A stretch of 23,126 nt of DNA from a bacterium (GTDB lineage Bacteria; Margulisbacteria; Marinamargulisbacteria; GCA-2716485; JAYNIM01), in the NCBI GenBank assembly GCA_038109055.1, contig JAYNIM010000012.1, forward strand, positions 1 through 23,126. The letters run 5' to 3'. Position numbers and translations under genes: made by a program. Within the stretch, counting starts at the first letter, position 1; the number at the start of each line of letters is the position of its first letter. The notes under the pieces were generated by a model. That model was not told the origin of the DNA. It saw nothing but the letters and a program-made list of their open reading frames with translations, and did not search any database. Positions 17,345 through 23,126 of this stretch are shown here, in pieces.

Positions 17345-18394
17345 ATGTGCAGATTAGTTATTAATGGAACGTCAAGACAGATAGATTCTCTACATAGTGC
17401 CTCTGGGCGCCTTCTACGTAGATTCTCCACAGAACTATCGCTAAAAACTTCAGGGGCGCTTAAGCCTTCTGCAACCATCATTGGAAATGGCGTGATAGGC
17501 AAAATGCTTATGCAGCATTTGGTTGAGAAACGCCCTGAGGTGGCACTCACAATGGCCGATATTCGCGAACAACACGTACCTGAAGGTGTTCAATTTAGGC
17601 TAATTGATGTTCTTAATGACCAAGACCTTCATCACTTATTAAAAGACTGTAAAACCCTGTTTATGTTAGTTGCCGCTTTATCAACTGTCACAGATGAAGG
17701 TCTCATCAAAAAATTAAACCTAGAATCGCATGAAGTAGCAATGGGCTTGTCCCCTACCTTTAGAACAGCAAGTTCTATGGCGGTCTATAATCTCCCCCCT
17801 GAATCGAGGTGCTTCCCCATCAAGCAATCTCAATTAACAGGAGATCCTAAAACCCTGTATGGCAAATATAAGCGGTTGTTAGAAGAAGCGATTGCTATGC
17901 ACATCGCAAAAGGTGGAAATGCCATGGCATTTAGACTGCCAGGCATAGCTTCTGCTGTAGAAGGAGGTAAAGGATCTACCGAATGGTTCACAGAAGTGGT
18001 GTTAGCTGCCGTTAGAGGGGTTGATCATTTTAGCGTTCCAGTCCCCCTAGGTACAAAGATTCCATATGCTCTTGATGAGGATGTTGCTCAAATTTTCTTA
18101 GACTCCTTGGATATTCCTGTACGTCCAAAAGACAGTCAACTTTATTCATGTTTGAACCTTCCAGGCGTTGCAATTTCTCCAAAAATACTTGAAGACATTC
18201 TTAATCTAGCAGGCTATGACATTACACTCAAATACACAAATGATGAAACCGACGCAAGATCTGGTATTGTTCAAACTTGGCCATCTGAAATTGAGGGGGA
18301 AGAGGCCATTAAAATAGGCTTAGATCTCCGTGCAACTACACCTGAACGTATCACTGAGGCAGTCGTCGCGGCTGCAGAAAAAAATAAAAAATGA
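17345..18394 (+). CDS. Extended SDR (NAD-dependent epimerase/dehydratase family), L-threonine 3-dehydrogenase-like, divergent
   Basis: IIGNGVIG Rossmann motif, AALS, SSMAVY, catalytic YGKYK, RLPGI..GGKGSTEW (cf. TDH GGGTTDY), R..IVQTWP (cf. RQ.IADSWP). Confidence 0.75.
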   Translation: MCRLVINGTSRQIDSLHSASGRLLRRFSTELSLKTSGALKPSATIIGNGVIGKMLMQHLVEKRPEVALTMADIREQHVPEGVQFRLIDVLNDQDLHHLLKDCKTLFMLVAALSTVTDEGLIKKLNLESHEVAMGLSPTFRTASSMAVYNLPPESRCFPIKQSQLTGDPKTLYGKYKRLLEEAIAMHIAKGGNAMAFRLPGIASAVEGGKGSTEWFTEVVLAAVRGVDHFSVPVPLGTKIPYALDEDVAQIFLDSLDIPVRPKDSQLYSCLNLPGVAISPKILEDILNLAGYDITLKYTNDETDARSGIVQTWPSEIEGEEAIKIGLDLRATTPERITEAVVAAAEKNKK

Positions 18395-18591
18395 TTAGCT
18401 GGTTGATGGATTAGATGTAGCAGATCTTATTTAAAAAACTATCCTGCATTCATGTCATTTAGGTGTCAGAGTTTTATGTACGAAAGGTATCAAAGGTATT
18501 CATCATGAGGATCTGCCTGTTAGGGCTTGCCCTGGCGTTATTTATAGCGTCGAGATATTCGTGGGAAGGATGGTGTTTTTGACCTCGTCCT

Positions 18592-19950
18592 TTACGCGTC
18601 AGCTATTGTGACATCCCATGTTTCTACCTGTTTATTCCCATTTACGAGACGATAACAATGCTGGGGACAAGCACCTTGAAACCCCTTACTGGCATCTGGA
18701 TCTAAAATAACCATCTCAGTGCCCTCCTTTGTGTTCTCTACTCTGGCTAGGTGATTATGCCCATGAACTTCAATGGGGCATGACCCTCCACTCTTAAGGT
18801 CTATCGGCCATATTCTAAAATCTTTACCCACATGACTTAAATTAGCTCTGAGTAGCGCATACTTCGATGGATCTTCTAACCCTTTGGGGTCTAGAGCGAC
18901 CTCTTGTATCTCTTGATTTAATTGTGCTTCAGTCGTTTGTGCACTTTCCCTATGAGCCGCTTCCATTTTTTTAAGCTGACTGCTTGATTCATCTTTCAAT
19001 TTCCCTAATTGTTCTAATGCTACTGCAATTTCCTGACTACCCTTGCTAAAGTTTTTTTCTATAAACTTTTGTAATCCTTTTGCATTGTGAGTTATAAATC
19101 CTTTTTCTTCCATTTTTGCTAAAAAGCTATTTAATTTTTCAAATTGTTCTTCTTTGCCTGTTTGCCCGTTTTCTTCTTGTATCTTCTGCACGAATGCTTG
19201 CAGCAGTCCTTTAAGCTTATTTTCTGCCTCGACTATCTTAGTGCCGGCGTCTTTTTTATACTGCTTTGCTTTTTCTAATTCAGGATATCTAAGTGTACTG
19301 TGGCTGAATAACACATTGCCTTCTGTGTGTGTAAATACCATTTGTCCCCCTGCGATGGTTGTCTGTAAGAGTTCTGCAATAAAGTTAAATCTTTCTGCTT
19401 GACTCTCATCCTCCCCTTTCTGATTGTCTATATCCCAATAAAAATAACCAGAGAGCTTTGAATAATTACCTTTGACACTAACACCTTTTTGTTCCAAAAA
19501 ATGCAGGTCATGATCACCAATAAGCAGCGTCATTTTAGCCTTCCTGTCGCTCTCTATAACCGATTTCGCATGACGTAAGGTTGCGACTACCTCGGCACTT
19601 TCTTGATATCTGTCGCAATAATCTCCCAAAAACAGAAGGTTCTTATCGTTGGCGCCCGTTGACTTTAGATGAGGGATTGGGATCATCTTATGTGCTTTTA
19701 TTGCCTCTTCGTTTGGTTCACAAGGTGTGTTATCTAGCCCTATATATATCCAAGGTGTGTCTGTGTCCAATTGAACGAGTCCTGTGCCTAATAAATACCC
19801 CAGTGCCAGCTCTAAATCTGCATGGATATCCGGAAATACCAAGGTCTGTTTATCAAGTCCCTCAACAGCAACTGACATTTCCGCTCTACCTCCCATTTCC
19901 ACGCTATCTAGCTGAGATAATGTCACCGTTTTGTCGACAAATTTCTTCAT
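18592..19950 (-). CDS. Calcineurin-like metallophosphoesterase (PPP-type) with coiled-coil insert. Apparent original start at 20187 is interrupted by TAA
   Basis: PDIHAD, FLGDYCDR, LIGDHD, FSH, VHGHNH motifs in canonical order. K/E/Q-rich helical insert between the last two motifs. Confidence 0.8.
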   Translation of the reverse strand: MKKFVDKTVTLSQLDSVEMGGRAEMSVAVEGLDKQTLVFPDIHADLELALGYLLGTGLVQLDTDTPWIYIGLDNTPCEPNEEAIKAHKMIPIPHLKSTGANDKNLLFLGDYCDRYQESAEVVATLRHAKSVIESDRKAKMTLLIGDHDLHFLEQKGVSVKGNYSKLSGYFYWDIDNQKGEDESQAERFNFIAELLQTTIAGGQMVFTHTEGNVLFSHSTLRYPELEKAKQYKKDAGTKIVEAENKLKGLLQAFVQKIQEENGQTGKEEQFEKLNSFLAKMEEKGFITHNAKGLQKFIEKNFSKGSQEIAVALEQLGKLKDESSSQLKKMEAAHRESAQTTEAQLNQEIQEVALDPKGLEDPSKYALLRANLSHVGKDFRIWPIDLKSGGSCPIEVHGHNHLARVENTKEGTEMVILDPDASKGFQGACPQHCYRLVNGNKQVETWDVTIADA

Positions 19951-20187
19951 TAGATCATTAAGCTCTTCCGCTCTGTGGCAACAATTAAGGAGGCCTGTTG
20001 ATAGAGGTGTAGGTGGAGCTGCGTCTGCTGCTGGCTCTGCTGCTGGCTCTGCTTCTGGTACTGGAGCTAGTACTGGAGCTGCTGCTTGTGCTAATGCTGG
20101 TGCTAGCGTTGGTGCTGGTACTTGGACTGGTTCTTAGCCTGGTTCTTGTGCTGGGGGTTGGGCTGATGCTCCTAAGTTAACATCCAT
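19951..20187 (-). pseudogene. In-frame Pro/Ala-rich N-terminal extension of the metallophosphoesterase, broken by TAA at codon 18
   Basis: AGGA then ATG 20187: MDVNLGASAQPPAQEPG*EPVQVPAPTLAPALAQAAAPVLAPVPEAEPAAEPAADAAPPTPLSTGLLNCCHRAEELNDL-MKK. 79 codons in frame with 19950, stop at 20134-20136. Confidence 0.75.
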
Positions 20188-20536
20188 GATTGATTCCTAT
20201 TTATATATTCTAGTTAGGTTATACCCATAAATAGCGATTTTAAAACATACGACACTTCGTACAAAACACTATTGACTATTTTTCCAAGAAGGAGAGTTGG
20301 GCCAATCTTCTGTCCTGATAGGGGTTCAAAATCAATGGAAACACACTCTCTAAATGTGCTACATACTCTTTCAACCCTTTTGTTTTTAATTGATCTTCTT
20401 CATTCCTTGTATGTAGATAAGGATCTACTTCGTAATTTTGTTGTCCTAAAGGTAATTTACTCAAAGATACTTGATTAGAGTTACATATTATCTCACTACC
20501 TTCCCTTATCTTATTTTTTTTACTTTACAAACTTTA

Positions 20537-20564
20537 TTGACACTTTATCTCCCCCTGCTATACT
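20537..20564 (+). promoter_or_regulatory. Near-consensus sigma70 promoter
   Basis: TTGACA (20537-42), 16-nt spacer ending TGc, TATACT (20559-64). AGAGGGG RBS-like sequence and ATG 20591 follow. Confidence 0.7.
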
Positions 20565-20590
20565 AAAGTAGTCAATTAGAGGGGAAAATA

Positions 20591-20865
20591 ATGATATTGG
20601 AGTTTTTACTAAGGCATTACACGCATGCCCTAAAGGGGATTTACATCATAAGACCGAAGAAGCTAAACAAAAAACGCGTTTACATCCAGCATTACAACGT
20701 ATAGCTGAAGAAGCTAACCCACATGAAATCGTGAGGAATTCATCTTTCGCGTTCATTGGGCAGGATAACGCCTCATACAGAAGAATCGATAAAAGATACT
20801 ATAAAGTTACGGGCCTTACCTTCACTGAGATTAGTCAACAAGCATTTGATAATAACAAGCCTTGA
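20591..20865 (+). pseudogene. Probable frameshifted small gene (~91 aa)
   Basis: ATG 20591 gives only 37 codons. The frame starting GAT 20593 is open for 90 codons to TGA 20863-65 (DIGVFTKALHACPKGDLHHKTEEAKQKTRLHPALQRIAEEANPHEIVRNSSFAFIGQDNASYRRIDKRYYKVTGLTFTEISQQAFDNNKP) but has no ATG. Confidence 0.45.
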
Positions 20866-20943
20866 TCTTATTTACAAAGGGCTAATATTCTACTTTTTTA
20901 GACCCATATTCAACGTGCTGGGCTAGACGCTGTGCTATGGTGC

Positions 20944-20963
20944 TGTGTGTGTGGGGGGGGGGG
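20944..20963. repeat. (TG)5 run leading into a G11 homopolymer
   Basis: tgtgtgtgtggggggggggg, with G at 20953-20963, in an AT-rich intergenic region. Confidence 0.8.
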
Positions 20964-21080
20964 AGGTGCTTTTTATTTATCCGTCAATTGCTACACAATC
21001 AATGGCGTTAGTTTAAACAAACACAATTGAAGAAATTATATAAAGTGTATAAAATTGTATTAATATTAAATTGATAAAAA

Positions 21081-23126
21081 ATGTTTAACGTCAACTCACA
21101 ACTCGATCCATACACCGTAAATCCCAACGGCACCCTTAGGCGTCAAAAAACGCCAAAAGTAAGATCTATATTTAAAGCTGGAACTCACGACATTCGATTA
21201 AGCCAGGAGGCCAAAAGTGCCTCATGCAAAGATGATTATGTAAGAGTGTATGTCAAAGGCAACCGACAATCTAAGATAAATAAAATTAGCGTATTAGGCC
21301 AACTATTAAAGGATACTGTATTTCAAAGTGCTCAACATATACAAACTATTTCAAAAAAACAGGCACGCTACTATGTTCAGAACCTTAAAAGTGAGATTGC
21401 ACGCCATTTTGACTTAAGCGTACACGAGCCATGGCCTAAACATATCAATGACGAGTTCTTTCTCTACCTTCAAAAAGCATTATCACTCATCAAAGATGAT
21501 CTTGAAGAAACAACAAATAGACATCAAGCAAGACATCTTACAGTTCAAAGCCAAATGGAACTTTTATTAAAAATGCAAGGATATATTTGTGAAAGTTTTC
21601 AACTACATTTTGGATTTAATCCTACGCAAGCACTCTCACTTGCACAAGCCACCCCCTTTAAAAAGGACTTAAGAGAACCGTCAAATTTCTCAGAAAAAGC
21701 AGCCGCCTGTTTAGGGTATGTACGGTACTATGGAACACATTTATGGAAATCTAAGCAATCAACGCCAAAGCTTCCTGTATCCAAGCTATTTATCTTGGGT
21801 TTAGTCGCTCAATCCATGTTGCCTACAACCTCTGCTAACGCAATTACTAGCGTTGCTATGGCCGATAATACTGAAAGTGGAGAAGACACGACACGCTTAC
21901 CTGGTATACTATCCAATCATTCAAACGCGACTATTCCTGGCCCCTCCCCTGAAGAAACGTCATCCTTAGGGAGTGATAACATATGTTTTACACGCAACAA
22001 AACAAATGAACGAGATAACGTTTTAGCAGCGGTTAAGCAAGATGGGTTTGCATTGGCATATGCAGCTAAAGAGCTTAAAGTTGATACCAACATCGTTTTA
22101 GCAGCGGTAAATCAACATGGGTTTGCATTGCGATTTGCAGCTGAAAAGCTTAAAGCTGATCCCAACATCGTTTTAGCAGCGGTAAATCAACATGGGTTTG
22201 CATTGCGATATGCAGCTGAGAAGCTTAAAGCTGATACCAACATCGTTTTAGCAGCCGTAAAGCAACATGGGCGGGCATTGGCATATGCAGCTGACGATCT
22301 TCAAGCTGATCCCAACATCGTTTTAGCAGCGGTTAAGCAACATTGTATGGCATTGCATTTTGCAGCTGATACTTTAAAAAAGGATCCTGATTTTATCAAT
22401 CAGCTAGTCTCTGAACTATCTCAAGAAGAATTAACTACGCTATTAAGGCAGTTACCTGAGATGCGAACCAATCCAATTTTTGCCAAAGCATTCAAGGCAA
22501 AAGATGGGAATGCATCGCAATTGTCTCTTGAAGAACTGAAAAATTTTCCAGGGATATTTTTGACCCTCATTACGTTAAACAACTTTTATAGTGTTCTATT
22601 TCTGTTAGGTTGTATGCAACTTATTAAGTTATCTATTACTTTATTTACGCCAGTTTCTCGTCAAGATGTGGAAAATAATTGGAGATCATTGGAATATGCC
22701 TCTGACGATGTTAAAGCTAACCCAGAAATCGTTTTAGCAGCGGTTAAGCAGAGTGGGGAGGCATTGCGATTTGCAGCTGACGAGCTTAAAGCTGATCCCG
22801 GCATCGTTTTAGCAGCGGTTAAGCAAGATTGTAAGGCATTGCATTTTGCAGCTGAGAAGCTTAAAGCTGATCCCAACATCGTTTTAGCAGCGGTTAATCA
22901 AAATGCGGAGGCACTGTATTATGCATCTCAAGATCTTAAAGCTAATTTTAACATCGTTTTTGCAGCAGTAAATCAAGATGGGTATACATTGCGATATGCA
23001 GCTGAGAAGCTTCAAGCTGATCCCAACATCGTTTTAGCAGCGGTAAAGCAAAATGGGGAGGCATTGCATTATGCATCTGATACTTTAAAAAAGGATCCTA
23101 AATTTATCAATCAGCTAGTCTCTGAA
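21081..23126 (+). CDS. DUF4116-type repeat protein, 3' end outside window (>682 aa)
   Basis: Hand translation from ATG 21081 (MFNVNSQLDPYTVNPNG...) is open to the window end. It has a ~310-aa unique N-terminus, then IVLAAVKQxGxALxYAAExLKADPN repeats. Absent from the ORF track. Confidence 0.88.
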   Translation, partial: MFNVNSQLDPYTVNPNGTLRRQKTPKVRSIFKAGTHDIRLSQEAKSASCKDDYVRVYVKGNRQSKINKISVLGQLLKDTVFQSAQHIQTISKKQARYYVQNLKSEIARHFDLSVHEPWPKHINDEFFLYLQKALSLIKDDLEETTNRHQARHLTVQSQMELLLKMQGYICESFQLHFGFNPTQALSLAQATPFKKDLREPSNFSEKAAACLGYVRYYGTHLWKSKQSTPKLPVSKLFILGLVAQSMLPTTSANAITSVAMADNTESGEDTTRLPGILSNHSNATIPGPSPEETSSLGSDNICFTRNKTNERDNVLAAVKQDGFALAYAAKELKVDTNIVLAAVNQHGFALRFAAEKLKADPNIVLAAVNQHGFALRYAAEKLKADTNIVLAAVKQHGRALAYAADDLQADPNIVLAAVKQHCMALHFAADTLKKDPDFINQLVSELSQEELTTLLRQLPEMRTNPIFAKAFKAKDGNASQLSLEELKNFPGIFLTLITLNNFYSVLFLLGCMQLIKLSITLFTPVSRQDVENNWRSLEYASDDVKANPEIVLAAVKQSGEALRFAADELKADPGIVLAAVKQDCKALHFAAEKLKADPNIVLAAVNQNAEALYYASQDLKANFNIVFAAVNQDGYTLRYAAEKLQADPNIVLAAVKQNGEALHYASDTLKKDPKFINQLVSE
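22020..22416 (+). repeat. 75-bp coding repeat array 1 (5 units + cap)
   Basis: gttttagcagc at 22020, 22095, 22170, 22245, 22320. Cap DTLKKDPDFINQLVSE. Confidence 0.92.
22731..23126 (+). repeat. 75-bp coding repeat array 2 (5 units + cap)
   Basis: Unit starts at 22731, 22806, 22881, 22956, 23031. Cap DTLKKDPKFINQLVSE. Confidence 0.92.

Noticed and set aside
20134..20136. TAA reassigned to Gln (alternative genetic code)
   Set aside because: TAA terminates many well-conserved genes here at the expected length (amrA, amrS, glutaredoxin, ASST).
20272..20478. Overlapping 62-68 aa ORFs on both strands
   Set aside because: Non-ATG starts, no motif or clear RBS. Possibly a gene remnant but unsupported.
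22020..23126. 75-bp repeats as a CRISPR array or DGR template/variable repeats
   Set aside because: Units are contiguous in-frame coding repeats with no unique spacers. No cas or reverse transcriptase gene is in the window, and differences are not confined to adenines.

Overview
AT-rich bacterial window in which conventional genes alternate with orphan, eukaryote-flavoured genes. Conventional content: a nucleoside-phosphorylase/GT2 glycosyltransferase fusion, a sulfation module (arylsulfotransferase, small membrane peptide, PAPS sulfotransferase, convergent APS kinase cysC), an LplT-like MFS transporter, tRNA-Arg(UCU), a glutaredoxin-like protein, the AmmeMemoRadiSam trio amrB-amrA-amrS and a threonine-dehydrogenase-like SDR. 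The most striking observation is a PTC7/PPTC7-like PP2C phosphatase (13771..14883, -) whose motif order is circularly permuted. It ends in a bipartite-NLS-like tail and lies antisense between amrA and amrS. Other orphans: a protein with a very similar NLS-like motif, a PPP-type metallophosphoesterase whose apparent start is cut off by an in-frame TAA, a 15-aa tandem-repeat protein, and a DUF4116-type 25-aa repeat protein with a higher-order duplication. Two long genes missing from the ORF track run off the window edges (<1..796 - and 21081..>23126 +). Taken together these suggest, by inference only, a eukaryote-associated bacterium with organelle-targeted effectors. No CRISPR array, transposase or integrase was seen. 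All family calls come from motif recognition, not database searches.
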